From a virus (Duplodnaviria; Caudoviricetes), in IMG/VR virus record IMGVR_UViG_3300012971_000043, positions 1-36,057 of that record: DNA of 36,057 bases. The stretch is one strand, 5' to 3'. The translations under genes and the position numbers were made by a program. Position 1 is the stretch's first letter; every line of letters begins with the position of its first letter. Under the pieces are notes generated by a model. That model was not told where the DNA came from and made no database searches. It was given only the letters and a program-made list of their open reading frames with translations. Shown piece by piece: positions 16,842-25,851 of the stretch.

Positions 16842-17014
16842 GGCAGCCTCCCTTCGACAATCTTCACAGTCAGCGCGCCATCGCGCGACGTCTGATCTTT
16901 GTTGTTCATCGCTTTGCCGACTTGATACTCAAGCGCGTCGTGATCGAGCACGACTTCAAAGCGAATGAAGACGCCGCAGATGTAGCGCGAACCTTTGTGA
17001 ACGACGCTCGTCAT
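16838..17014 (-). CDS. Hypothetical protein
   Basis: MTSVVHKGSRYICG..., GGAGG RBS, ATGA overlap. Confidence 0.6.
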   Translation of the reverse strand: MTSVVHKGSRYICGVFIRFEVVLDHDALEYQVGKAMNNKDQTSRDGALTVKIVEGRLP

Positions 17015-18456
17015 GCGAGCCTCCCTTCGCGTGTCGCTTGCAGCGCGACTGCAGCGATGTGCGTGAGCGCGTCGTTGTAGCCTTTGCTCAAGTGATTCGC
17101 TTCGAGTTCGTGCCCAAGCTCGTGAATGATCAGGTCTTCGATCGCGACACGATTCTTGTCGAGATTGAACCATTTCTCGCCGCCGAGGTTGCGCACGTTG
17201 AACGACATCGTCTTGCTGCCGTAGCTTGCAGCTTCGATGCTCGCTTGCTTGCAGAAGCGCACACTGATGTTGATGCCGAGCGTGATGCGCGCGAATTTCT
17301 TCGCGTGCTCAGCGACTCGCAGCATCGCGTCAGTCGGCGTGACGGGTTCGCTCATGATGAACGTGTCAGGGTTCGTCGGGAACACTTGCCCTGCGGGCTT
17401 GATCGCTTCGCAGCGTCTGAGATTCTCCCAGACAGCAGCGCTCGCAGAACCACCGCGCACGACATTGAAGTCATCAGCGAAAGCAGCGTTGTTCGCTTCG
17501 CGATCGCTCATGTCGAAGCTGACTCGATTCTCACCGAATCGCTTCGTCGCGTAGTCAGTGACGGCTTCACGCGTGACGTCAGGATGCTCCATCGCAGTCT
17601 GCACCCACTCGTGATTCATGTCTTCAGTCGTGAGCTTGTCATGCGTCGCGTTGAACACTTCGAGACGCAGCGCGCGCAAGAAACGTTCTGAGACGTTCTG
17701 ACGATCGAGCGTCAGCTCGACCTTCTGCTGAATGTCGCAGTGAAACGCGCAGTCGTGCTCGACAACCGGAATGCCCATCTCGTAGATCAGCGGCTTCTCG
17801 CCGTCGATCACGTCGTAGCAGTTGATCGTCGTCTTGCGACGCGAGTGTCTGAGATCGCCGTGCTCATCGCCGAGCACTGTCGGCAGAGTCGCCTCGATCT
17901 TGAATCGCGGCGTCATGCGCTTCAGCTCTTCGCCGTTGAACGTCGTCGTGATGTTCGCAGGCGAGATCAGCTTCTGCACTTCGCGCTCGATTGACGCGCG
18001 ATCTTTCTTGCTGAGTCTGATTAGCGCGTTGAAGATCGAGCCTGCTTGCGTGCAGCGATCGTTGTGCTCGTAGCGCTTGCCTTCAGCGCCGAAATGCACA
18101 GTGCCTTTCGTCGTCTTGATTGACGCATGAATGCACTGCGACAGCACGAGCTTCTCGCCGATGTTGAATCGACCGCGTTGCTTCGGGTTGCCTTTCTTTG
18201 CGCTCTCTGCGAACAGCGTGTAGGCATGACGCAGATCAGCGAATCCGTTCGGCGCGTCGTCGCTGACTGTGAGTTCAGCGGCGAGGATGCCGTCTTGTTC
18301 AGGTTTCAGGGTTACGTCAACGCGCGAGACGCCTGCTTCATCCCATGCGTTCTGTATCAGCTCAAAAATCGCGAACTCGATGCCGCGATCGGCAAGCAGT
18401 TTCTGCAAGCCTTTCTTGTCGACATCGAACCACGGTTTCGATTCAGTTTTTCTCAT
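17011..18456 (-). CDS. GHKL (Hsp90/Topo VI-B-like) ATPase with C-terminal HExxH zincin-like domain
   Basis: N box ELIQNAWDE, G1-like VSDDAPNGF, G2 RGRFNIGEK, G3 GSIF; C-terminal IIHELGHE-x3-H. Start reassigned to ATG 18456 after the promoter. Confidence 0.8.
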   Translation of the reverse strand: MRKTESKPWFDVDKKGLQKLLADRGIEFAIFELIQNAWDEAGVSRVDVTLKPEQDGILAAELTVSDDAPNGFADLRHAYTLFAESAKKGNPKQRGRFNIGEKLVLSQCIHASIKTTKGTVHFGAEGKRYEHNDRCTQAGSIFNALIRLSKKDRASIEREVQKLISPANITTTFNGEELKRMTPRFKIEATLPTVLGDEHGDLRHSRRKTTINCYDVIDGEKPLIYEMGIPVVEHDCAFHCDIQQKVELTLDRQNVSERFLRALRLEVFNATHDKLTTEDMNHEWVQTAMEHPDVTREAVTDYATKRFGENRVSFDMSDREANNAAFADDFNVVRGGSASAAVWENLRRCEAIKPAGQVFPTNPDTFIMSEPVTPTDAMLRVAEHAKKFARITLGINISVRFCKQASIEAASYGSKTMSFNVRNLGGEKWFNLDKNRVAIEDLIIHELGHELEANHLSKGYNDALTHIAAVALQATREGRLA

Positions 18457-18463
18457 AGATTCA

Positions 18464-18491
18464 ACCATAGCACATCGTAGAAAACTGTCAA
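18464..18491 (-). promoter_or_regulatory. Leaderless-type promoter
   Basis: TTGACA-GTTTTCTACGATGTGC-TATGGT-7 nt-ATG. Confidence 0.8.
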
Positions 18492-18511
18492 AATGTTTTT
18501 TTTCACTCGTG

Positions 18512-18760
18512 TCAATCGCGATCTTTTTCGACGCGCGTCTTGAACTCGCGCAGCTGCTTCTCGATTTTCGCGAGCAGTTTGATCGCATCATCCTCAGGCA
18601 GCGTCGTCACGCTGAGCAAGTAATAGTAGATCACTGCTACGGCTGCGAACCACACACGTCGACTCTCACGATACTGCGTCGAGGTCTCTGCGACTGTTGG
18701 ATTCACTTTGCGCATATACGACTCGAACGCGTCGTCGAGGTCGAGCTGCGGGAAGTTCAT
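18512..18760 (-). CDS. Hypothetical protein
   Basis: 82 aa, AAGGAA RBS. Confidence 0.7.
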   Translation of the reverse strand: MNFPQLDLDDAFESYMRKVNPTVAETSTQYRESRRVWFAAVAVIYYYLLSVTTLPEDDAIKLLAKIEKQLREFKTRVEKDRD

Positions 18761-18871
18761 GTTGTCGTTCCTTTCGTTGTTGCTGCCATTTCTCGATGTG
18801 CACCAAGATCATGACGATCGCGAGCAGCGCGACGTCGACTGCGACAATGTCGTAGATGAGATGCAAGATTT

Positions 18872-19819
18872 TCATGATGCTGTGAGTGTGCAGACGCCGT
18901 CATCGTCGACCGGGTCCAAGATTCGATAGATTTGTTTGCCGCCGCCATCGAGCCATTCTTTCGGCCCACACCACGCTTGACGCACCCATCGAGTCGAGCC
19001 GCGCGCATAGATGTAGCGCGCGTGTCGATACGTGCGCCAGTGTCCGCGACGATCATGCGACATGCGCTTGATCTCTTCGTCGCGATTGACTGCGACGCGC
19101 GCGTGTTCAGTGACGTCTTTCTTGTTCGCAGGATGCCCGTGCGCGATCAGCGTGTAGTGCGTGCGCGCGCGAGTCCATTCGACTGACTTGCCTTGCTTGT
19201 TCGGGCGCACAGTCGCGATGTGAGTCGTCGGCATGTTCGCGTCGAACAAGAACGCAGCGATCGCGCCAATCGCGCCGCTGACGAGCTGCGCAAGCCCGCG
19301 ACCGATCATGCGATCGAGCAGCTGCCATTTGCCGTCGAGCCAGAGCGCGCTGTTGTAGAAATACGCGCCTTGATCTTTCCCGTTCGGGTCGTGACGCATG
19401 TTCGCGATCATCAAGTAGAGCGGCAGCGGCATGTGAACGCCGCTCGCGCCTTTGTCCCACAGTTCTTTGATCTCGACGACGACGAACATCTCATTGAACG
19501 CGCGCGCGATGATCATGTTCGTGCGGTAGGTGCCGTGACCGATCTCGTCGTGACCGTCTTTCCACGGCACAGCTGTCTCAGTCACTGCGAGTCGAAATTT
19601 CTCGAACGGCATCTGCGTCTCTTCGAGCGGTTGAGCGTCCTGCTTCCAATTTTCAAGCGTGCCCATCTCGCGCGAGATCAAATCTTTCTCGTGCTCGTAT
19701 GTCGTCACGTAGTCGAACAGCGGAGCTGACTGCCAGCCGTCGAACACGCGCAAGTGAGCGCGATGCGGAAACGTCGCAAGTGCGCGTTCGAGACCGTCGT
19801 TGAAAGTCACAGGGTTCAT
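18872..19819 (-). CDS. Hypothetical protein with C-terminal H-x-RRGHWR...W-V...W-x-GP module
   Basis: 315 aa; SHDRRGHWRTY...RWVRQAWCGP. Confidence 0.8.
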   Translation of the reverse strand: MNPVTFNDGLERALATFPHRAHLRVFDGWQSAPLFDYVTTYEHEKDLISREMGTLENWKQDAQPLEETQMPFEKFRLAVTETAVPWKDGHDEIGHGTYRTNMIIARAFNEMFVVVEIKELWDKGASGVHMPLPLYLMIANMRHDPNGKDQGAYFYNSALWLDGKWQLLDRMIGRGLAQLVSGAIGAIAAFLFDANMPTTHIATVRPNKQGKSVEWTRARTHYTLIAHGHPANKKDVTEHARVAVNRDEEIKRMSHDRRGHWRTYRHARYIYARGSTRWVRQAWCGPKEWLDGGGKQIYRILDPVDDDGVCTLTAS

Positions 19820-20112
19820 TTCAAGCCTTTCTGAATTTCACTCCACTTTTTGCTCCAGCACTTGTCAGTCGGCTCTTCGAGAAAGCCGATCGAGTGAAAG
19901 AACTGCAGCTGCAGATCGCGCGCGCCTCGACACAGCAGCGATCGCTTGCCCGTGCGATAGTTGATCGCGTTGCTGCCAGTCGAGTGACAGATGCGCGACG
20001 CGTTGCTGAGCGCTGACATGCTGAGCAATTCGCGCAGCTCGCCGTATTTCGAGTCCTTGCGAAACGGGCACGTCGCGCACTGCGTCTTTCTGACTTTTTG
20101 AATGCGCTTCAT
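19816..20112 (-). CDS. Cys-rich protein (CxxCPF...CH...C; DUF6283-like)
   Basis: CATCPFRKDS...RICHSTG...LLCRGA. Confidence 0.65.
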   Translation of the reverse strand: MKRIQKVRKTQCATCPFRKDSKYGELRELLSMSALSNASRICHSTGSNAINYRTGKRSLLCRGARDLQLQFFHSIGFLEEPTDKCWSKKWSEIQKGLK

Positions 20113-20170
20113 TGTGACAAGATCGCCACGAGCAGTCGCATGTAGGCGAGATTGATTCGTCGATTCTTTT

Positions 20171-20500
20171 TCATCTGATGCCTCTCTTTCGTAGTTCGCG
20201 CAGCACGATCAGTCTGATGCGCTGCTCGGTCTTTGGGTCGAGTTCTTCATCGTGCGCGTCGAAATATTCGTTCGCCTTGTCGATGAGCTTGACGAGTCGC
20301 GGGCTGTTGAGCGTGAACACAGCTCGATGCGTGCCGTGAATCAGATCAGTCAGCAGCTTGCCCATGTCCCACCATGGCGGCGCTGAGATCGCGACGAGTG
20401 ATGTCTGACGATTTTCGATGTCGAGGTGATACTCGATGCCGTGATCTTCGACAGTCCAACACTCCCAGTCTTTGCCGTGCGGTTCGTCGTTCATTCGCAT
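20171..20500 (-). CDS. Hypothetical protein
   Basis: About 109 aa in the array. Confidence 0.65.
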   Translation of the reverse strand: MRMNDEPHGKDWECWTVEDHGIEYHLDIENRQTSLVAISAPPWWDMGKLLTDLIHGTHRAVFTLNSPRLVKLIDKANEYFDAHDEELDPKTEQRIRLIVLRELRKRGIR

Positions 20501-21051
20501 GAAATGTTTTCGAGCGCGCTCGTGACTTCGCTCCAGACCTCGTCAGCTTTCTCTTGCTTGAGGTCGACGAGTCGCTCGTCTTTCTCTTCGTCGCTGAGCT
20601 TGTCGAACTTGTCGCTCTCGTCTTCGTCGAGCGTGTCGCGATATTCGTCGCGCAGCTCATCGATGTCGGGCACATTGATGCCGTCGAGTTCACTCTCGAC
20701 GTCTTGCATCGCGTCGACGCGACCTTGCAGCATCTCGCCCGTAGGCCCCTGCTGCAGCGAGTCAGGCATGTTGCTCAGACTGCTCTCGCATTCGCTGCCG
20801 ATGTTCTGCAGCTCGCTCTTGATGTCGTCGATCTCGCTTTCGAGATCATCGAACGACGGTTGCTCGCGCTCTTGCAGCGCGTAGACAGGCGCCCAGAAGG
20901 CGCTCTGTGTCAGCTGCGACGCTTTCGGTGCAGTCTTGCTGCATTGTTTGCGACCGCCCTTGAACTGCCACCAGTAGTAACTGTCTCCCGCTTTGATGTC
21001 AGTGCCAGCGACGTCTTTGCGTGCTTTCTTGACGAAATGTGATCTAGCCAT
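20491..21051 (-). CDS. Hypothetical protein, basic N-terminus and very acidic helical C-terminus
   Basis: 186 aa, AAGGAA RBS. Confidence 0.8.
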   Translation of the reverse strand: MARSHFVKKARKDVAGTDIKAGDSYYWWQFKGGRKQCSKTAPKASQLTQSAFWAPVYALQEREQPSFDDLESEIDDIKSELQNIGSECESSLSNMPDSLQQGPTGEMLQGRVDAMQDVESELDGINVPDIDELRDEYRDTLDEDESDKFDKLSDEEKDERLVDLKQEKADEVWSEVTSALENISCE

Positions 21052-21207
21052 TTTTCTTTGATTCCTTTCTCATTGGTTGCTTGTTGTTTTTTCTGACTAC
21101 GCAATCAGCAGCGCGCGAAGCGCCGATGATCGAGTATTTCTTGCCCGTCTCGCGCTCCCTCATCAGGAGCGCGATTCGAGCTTTGAAGTCTGCGACTGAT
21201 TCAGTCA

Positions 21208-22248
21208 TCACAGTAGTCCTGCGTGATATTCTTCCATCAAGTAGTCATCGCGTTCGCGACGACGACGATCTTCAGCGACTTGCGCTCTGATCTCAGCGAA
21301 CTCGCGATTGAGTTCTTCAGTCGCTTTGATCTGCTCAGCTGTCGGAGGCTCCCAGTCGTAGCTTGCCTTGCGTTCTTCCTTCGCGTCGCAAAGAGCTTGG
21401 TCGTGCTTGTAGTCTGCGAGCGTGAAAATGCCATAGAGCGCCCAGTGCTCAGGCTCTTCAGCGAGAATGCCAGCCCAGCGATCTTTGCCAGCGGCCATCC
21501 AGCGACGCGAGACTTCGTTCTCGTCTTTGATGTGATCGAGCAGCTCTTGCGAGACTTTGTGCGCGTTCGCTTTCGCGTCGTCGAGTCGCTTCTGCCAAGC
21601 TGTCTTCTCGCCTTCTGCGACGGGCGCAGTCTCGCGCTCGAACTCTGCGCGCTCAGCAGCGTCATCGGCAGCAGCAGCCGCCCCTTTCGAGGCGGCGCTG
21701 TCGTGATCTGCACAAGCGTTGACGTGACTGCTGCCCTTGAAATATTTCGCGCACACAGGCCCGATCGCACCAGCAACGCTCTTCGCTGCTTTCAAGTGAC
21801 GACCGCACACGATGCACTTCGAGAACTTCGTGAGCCAATCTTTGGCGTCTTCGAGATCGAGTCGATCAGCTTCAGTCAGATCGAAGATGACGCCCGGGCG
21901 ATAGACTGCTTCGAAGTCGACGACTTCGCCATTCTCAGTCATGCGCGGCTGCGATGCGACGATCTCTTTCGCGTAGACGCGAGTCTTCTCACGGTTCGGT
22001 TTCACAACGTAGACGCGATCATCTTTTCTGAAGACGCCCATCGTCACGCTGACTTGCTTGTCTTGCACAGCTTGAGGCGGCACGACTTTCTTGAACACGT
22101 CGTGCTTCTGAGCTTCGCAATGATTGACGCAGCGCACGCCAGCGCCACGAGTCCACACACACCGCGCGCCTGACGGGATTACTCTTCCGCAGCGCGTGCA
22201 GCGACCGCTGAATTTAGCGGTGATTTGTTTCGATTCAGTTTCGTTCAT
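21208..22248 (-). CDS. Multidomain Zn-finger protein with DUF6011-like domain
   Basis: AKFSGRCTRCG...C and CIVCGRHL-x3-KS-x3-IGPVCA. Start ATG 22248 follows the promoter. Confidence 0.8.
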   Translation of the reverse strand: MNETESKQITAKFSGRCTRCGRVIPSGARCVWTRGAGVRCVNHCEAQKHDVFKKVVPPQAVQDKQVSVTMGVFRKDDRVYVVKPNREKTRVYAKEIVASQPRMTENGEVVDFEAVYRPGVIFDLTEADRLDLEDAKDWLTKFSKCIVCGRHLKAAKSVAGAIGPVCAKYFKGSSHVNACADHDSAASKGAAAAADDAAERAEFERETAPVAEGEKTAWQKRLDDAKANAHKVSQELLDHIKDENEVSRRWMAAGKDRWAGILAEEPEHWALYGIFTLADYKHDQALCDAKEERKASYDWEPPTAEQIKATEELNREFAEIRAQVAEDRRRRERDDYLMEEYHAGLL

Positions 22249-22254
22249 GAGTGT

Positions 22255-22282
22255 AGATTCGCACAAGTAGAAAAGAACACAA
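22255..22282 (-). promoter_or_regulatory. Leaderless-type promoter
   Basis: TTGTGT-TCTTTTCTACTTGTGC-GAATCT-ACACTC-ATG. Confidence 0.7.
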
Positions 22283-22334
22283 GCACTTTTTGAAAGATTT
22301 TGAAAATATTTTTTCACGTTCAGCTGAACATGTT

Positions 22335-23018
22335 TTACAGCTCGTCGAAGCAGTGCTCTTCGCAGAAGCGCATCGTCTCGCTGACGAGCTGTTCCCACTG
22401 TGACGTGCTGTCAGTCTCGACCTCAGCTGCGACCTTTCTAGGGGCATCGTCGCGCGATTGAACGTGATTCTCGCTTGCGATCACAACACCGTTTCGCAGC
22501 AGCTCGCACTTGTCGCCTGTTGCGCGCCAGCTCAGCTCGTCGAGCGGCACAGCGCCTGTCTTCGTCTGATGCCACTGCTCGCAGAACCCGCACTGATACG
22601 CGCGACAGCCGATCATGAACTGCTCAGCTTCAGCTTGCGTCGCGTAGGCAGCTTTGCGCAGACAGCTGCGCCAGAACATCCACGCGATGCCCGACACGTT
22701 GTCAGGTTTGACTGAGATCGTTGGCGTCTTGCCAGCGCGCCATGCTTTTCGCACGATCTCGCGGATGCGCATGATCTGACTGACTTGTCGATCGTAAGGA
22801 TTGATGTAGGGCAGCTCAGGCTCCCACTCGATCGCAGCGCGCTTTTTTTCTGCGACGTGAAAGTGAATGTCATCGCGCTCGCTGTATTGACACTTGTATG
22901 CGTAGCGCTCGCCGTTTGTCGCAGCGAGCGCCTGCGCCATCGAATTATATTTGACCTTGCTCAAGCAGGCGCGTTCTCGATGCTCTTGTTCTTGCTTCCT
23001 TGTTCGCCCTGTGCTCAT
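22335..23018 (-). CDS. Protein with two C-L-x-K-x2-Y...AY-x-C...H Zn-finger-like repeats
   Basis: CLSKVKY...YAYKCQYS...HFH and CLRKAAY...RAYQCGFCEQWH. Confidence 0.7.
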   Translation of the reverse strand: MSTGRTRKQEQEHRERACLSKVKYNSMAQALAATNGERYAYKCQYSERDDIHFHVAEKKRAAIEWEPELPYINPYDRQVSQIMRIREIVRKAWRAGKTPTISVKPDNVSGIAWMFWRSCLRKAAYATQAEAEQFMIGCRAYQCGFCEQWHQTKTGAVPLDELSWRATGDKCELLRNGVVIASENHVQSRDDAPRKVAAEVETDSTSQWEQLVSETMRFCEEHCFDEL

Positions 23019-23290
23019 TGCTTGTCCTCTTTCTGCAGTCGAGCGATCTCGTTCCAAATCGCGTCATGCGCTTCGCGATCGTGCTGTTGTTCGAGTTCAC
23101 GCTGACGCTTTGCTTCGAGCGCAGCGTTCGCTTCAGCAACGCGCGCAGCTTCGCGCTTCGCGAACATTTCATGCGCTTCAGCGACAGCCTCGCCAGCTGC
23201 TGCGCCGTCTTGCGTGCTGATGAAGCGATGCGTCGCGAACGAGCCTGCGCTCAACATCGCGATCGCTGCGAGAGTGATGAACTTGTTCAT
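23015..23290 (-). CDS. Small exported or membrane-anchored helical protein
   Basis: Signal-peptide-like MNKFITLAAIAMLSAGSFA; GGAGG RBS. Confidence 0.7.
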   Translation of the reverse strand: MNKFITLAAIAMLSAGSFATHRFISTQDGAAAGEAVAEAHEMFAKREAARVAEANAALEAKRQRELEQQHDREAHDAIWNEIARLQKEDKQ

Positions 23291-23589
23291 CGAGCACCTC
23301 CGACGATCTCGTTGAGCGCTTTGATCACGTCTTCGATCGAGCGGTAAACGCCGTCGAGCTTTGATTCGAGACGCCCGTGTGCCTGAATCACGATGAACTT
23401 CGGGCCGTAGTATTGCAGATGCGCATCGAGCAGTCGCGCAACGCCGAACGTGATTGACTTGTGCTTGCGACCGCTCTTGCTGACGCCGCTGCCTTCGATC
23501 ACGCCGTAGGGCGCGCTGAACGTGCGACGATTCTCGTGCAAGTAGTGAACGAGATCAGAGAAGTGCATCCGCCATTCGATCTCAGTCAT
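23287..23589 (-). CDS. Hypothetical protein
   Basis: 100 aa, AGGAGG RBS. Confidence 0.75.
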   Translation of the reverse strand: MTEIEWRMHFSDLVHYLHENRRTFSAPYGVIEGSGVSKSGRKHKSITFGVARLLDAHLQYYGPKFIVIQAHGRLESKLDGVYRSIEDVIKALNEIVGGAR

Positions 23590-24131
23590 GACGCACCTCC
23601 TTGCACACGACTGATTCGCGCGCGTTGCGTTTCTGAACCGAACATGACATGCGGCGCGAGCTTCTGAATGCGTCGCAGACGAGCGACGCCCGTCTCATTG
23701 ACGCCTTTGTTCACATCGTCGCTGCATAGCTTGATGTGAACGCCGACACCACCGAAGTCGATGCTATTCCCTGAGTGGTCGTATCCGTTCACGCGATAAG
23801 CGCGCATCTTCAGGCTCTTCGGGAATTTCGCAGCGTATTGCTGCGCGAGTTCTTCAGTCGTGAAGTAGGCTTTGATGTCGATACCCCAGCCAGAGTTCAC
23901 CATGATCAGCGTGACGTTGTCGACGCTGTCGTTGCGCGGCGCCGGCATCACTTCGCGATAGATGTCTTCATTGTCGCGCGGCTGCTCAGTGCGCACTTCG
24001 TAGCCGGGCACGTTCTGGTAGCTGTGCTTCTCGCCAGCAATGACGCGCACGACCCATGTCAATTTCAGTGTCTCGTTTGCGAGCTTGCACGCTGCGTCGA
24101 CTGCTTGATCTCTTGTCAATTCAATTTTCAT
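23586..24131 (-). CDS. Hypothetical protein
   Basis: Start reassigned to ATG 24131 (MKIELTRDQ), 6 nt after the promoter. Confidence 0.75.
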   Translation of the reverse strand: MKIELTRDQAVDAACKLANETLKLTWVVRVIAGEKHSYQNVPGYEVRTEQPRDNEDIYREVMPAPRNDSVDNVTLIMVNSGWGIDIKAYFTTEELAQQYAAKFPKSLKMRAYRVNGYDHSGNSIDFGGVGVHIKLCSDDVNKGVNETGVARLRRIQKLAPHVMFGSETQRARISRVQGGAS

Positions 24132-24137
24132 GACTCT

Positions 24138-24174
24138 ACAATCGCACAAGAACACGCGTGCGCAAGTAGAAACT
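24138..24174 (-). promoter_or_regulatory. Leaderless-type promoter with upstream TTTCTAC box
   Basis: GTTTCTAC-TTGCGC-ACGCGTGTTCTTGTGC-GATTGT-AGAGTC-ATG. Confidence 0.75.
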
Positions 24175-24229
24175 GCAAGATTTTTGAAGAAATTTCGCGA
24201 GTCGAACTAGATCGCTCAAAATCAAGGAC

Positions 24230-24487
24230 TTACGCGCGTTTATGCTTGACCATGTGACATGATCTGCAGAGATGATGCACATCGAGCGGCTTTGAATAGT
24301 CGTCGTGGTGCATGTCAGTCTTGAGCGTGTAGCACTCTTCGCAAGGTTCACGTTTCAGCTCACCATCGCGCACTGCTCGATTCGCTCGACGATGCACCGC
24401 AGCTCTGATGAGTCGTTCGTCTGATTCTTTCGCTTTGCGCTTTTTCTCGCGCCATTCAGCAGCGATCTGTTGAATGCGAAGCATCAT
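24230..24487 (-). CDS. HNH-like Zn-binding protein
   Basis: AVRDGELKREPCEEC...HHDDYSKPLDVHHLCRSCH-x3-H. Confidence 0.75.
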   Translation of the reverse strand: MMLRIQQIAAEWREKKRKAKESDERLIRAAVHRRANRAVRDGELKREPCEECYTLKTDMHHDDYSKPLDVHHLCRSCHMVKHKRA

Positions 24488-24556
24488 GTTGATCTGATCA
24501 CAAGTAGAAAAGTATTGCAAGCATGAATGGCTTCGCGCGAAGCTATTTGAGCAAAG

Positions 24557-24590
24557 AAAAAACGCGCTGCCCGATTTCTCGAACAGCGCG
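24557..24590 (-). terminator. Intrinsic terminator after the DUF932 gene
   Basis: Minus strand CGCGCTGTTCGA-GAAA-TCGGGCAGCGCG-TTTTTT. Confidence 0.8.
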
Positions 24591-24628
24591 CAATTCTCTC
24601 AGTCGATGACTGACGTCAATGTAGACGT

Positions 24629-25420
24629 TCAGCTCAGACTGTTCAAGCCCGCGTAGTTGTCGAAGAGCCCGTGCATCGCGAGCGTGCGATTCGGTAGCAC
24701 TCCGAGCGAGCCCTTGAGCACTTCGGTGAAGCAGTTCATCATGCTCCACACGGTGCGCGGCGCGAACTCTTCGTGACGAGGCTTGCGCCAGTCTTGAAGA
24801 ATGTGCGGAATCTGCGTCGACGTGCAAGCGCCGCAGTCGAGCGCGCGAATCACGAGATCGTGAGCGTCGCGATCGTTGAGCGCTGTGTTCTTGTAGGCGT
24901 CGATGCGCTGATCTTGCGAGTGCCAGTGCTGCATCAGCTGCCCGATGCCGCGTTGAACGACGTAGGGCATATCGCGGAAGATGTGAACAGTGTGCTTGCG
25001 AAACACACGCACTTCACCGCTGAAGCTGAGATTGTCGCACACGAAAACTTTCGCGCCGGCGACGAGGCCAGCTGGGAAGCTCTTGTCGTGCGAATTGCGC
25101 GCACCTAAAATCCACGCATAGTCATCGTGGGTCGCGCCGTTCTGAACTTGAAAGAGTCCGAAGTAGCGCGCGCCAGCTTTCGAGAGACTGTGCGCTTCGC
25201 CGACGACAGTGAGATTGTTGTTGCGAAGCGCAAGCTCGATTTGATCGATGAGCGCTGTGTGCGGGATTGGTTGCCACGTCTCTGTGCGCTCAGGCGTGAT
25301 CACGCGATCGAGATCAGCGCGATTGCACGCGTTCGCACCACAGTGAAGCGTGAGCTTGTGACTGATATCCTGACGCGCATTGCCGTCAGCCGTTACTGCT
25401 GTTTGGTTCATGTCTTGCAT
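24629..25420 (-). CDS. DUF932-family protein
   Basis: WQPIPH, GARYFG, GARNSHDKS, GAKVFVCDNL, RKHT, TVWSMMNCFTE. Confidence 0.85.
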   Translation of the reverse strand: MQDMNQTAVTADGNARQDISHKLTLHCGANACNRADLDRVITPERTETWQPIPHTALIDQIELALRNNNLTVVGEAHSLSKAGARYFGLFQVQNGATHDDYAWILGARNSHDKSFPAGLVAGAKVFVCDNLSFSGEVRVFRKHTVHIFRDMPYVVQRGIGQLMQHWHSQDQRIDAYKNTALNDRDAHDLVIRALDCGACTSTQIPHILQDWRKPRHEEFAPRTVWSMMNCFTEVLKGSLGVLPNRTLAMHGLFDNYAGLNSLS

Positions 25421-25426
25421 GACGCT

Positions 25427-25456
25427 ACAATGACACGATTCTACAAGTGCGCAAGT
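25427..25456 (-). promoter_or_regulatory. Leaderless-type promoter (26-bp repeat copy 2)
   Basis: TTGCGC-ACTTGTAGAATCGTGT-CATTGT-AGCGTC-ATG. Confidence 0.75.
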
Positions 25457-25521
25457 TTTTATTTAACTTTTTTTTCGCCCTTCTGAAAGCTCACTTTCGA
25501 GCTATCTGAGCCTTGCAAGAT

Positions 25522-25737
25522 TCAAGGCTGCGTGCGAGCGAACTTGAGCGCTCGCAGAATGATCGACTTCGCTTTCGCTTTCTCGCGTTCGCTCAGCTCG
25601 CGCGAATCGTAGAAAATCTCTTGCACGAGACGCTCGAAAAGCGCCTCAGCGAGTTCTTGCTCGTTCTGCGCGTCTTGAATGTCGCGTCGAGGTCGCTCGC
25701 CGAGCACATCTTCGCCTTGATCAGGTTCGCCGTTCAT
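25522..25737 (-). CDS. Hypothetical protein
   Basis: 71 aa, GAGG RBS. Confidence 0.6.
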   Translation of the reverse strand: MNGEPDQGEDVLGERPRRDIQDAQNEQELAEALFERLVQEIFYDSRELSEREKAKAKSIILRALKFARTQP

Positions 25738-25851
25738 TCAACAACCTCGTGATTGCTTGCCTTTGCGATAGCCGCGAGCGTAGCCGCGCTTGTAGATCAC
25801 GCTCTTGCGCTTGCGCACACGTTTGCAGCGTCGTTGTTTGTTCGCCATGAC

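Noticed and set aside
18457-18591. N-terminal extensions given by the ORF track (also 22249-22398, 24132-24155, 28861-28917)
   Set aside because: They run through promoter elements or neighbouring genes; the internal ATGs fit the conserved promoter geometry.
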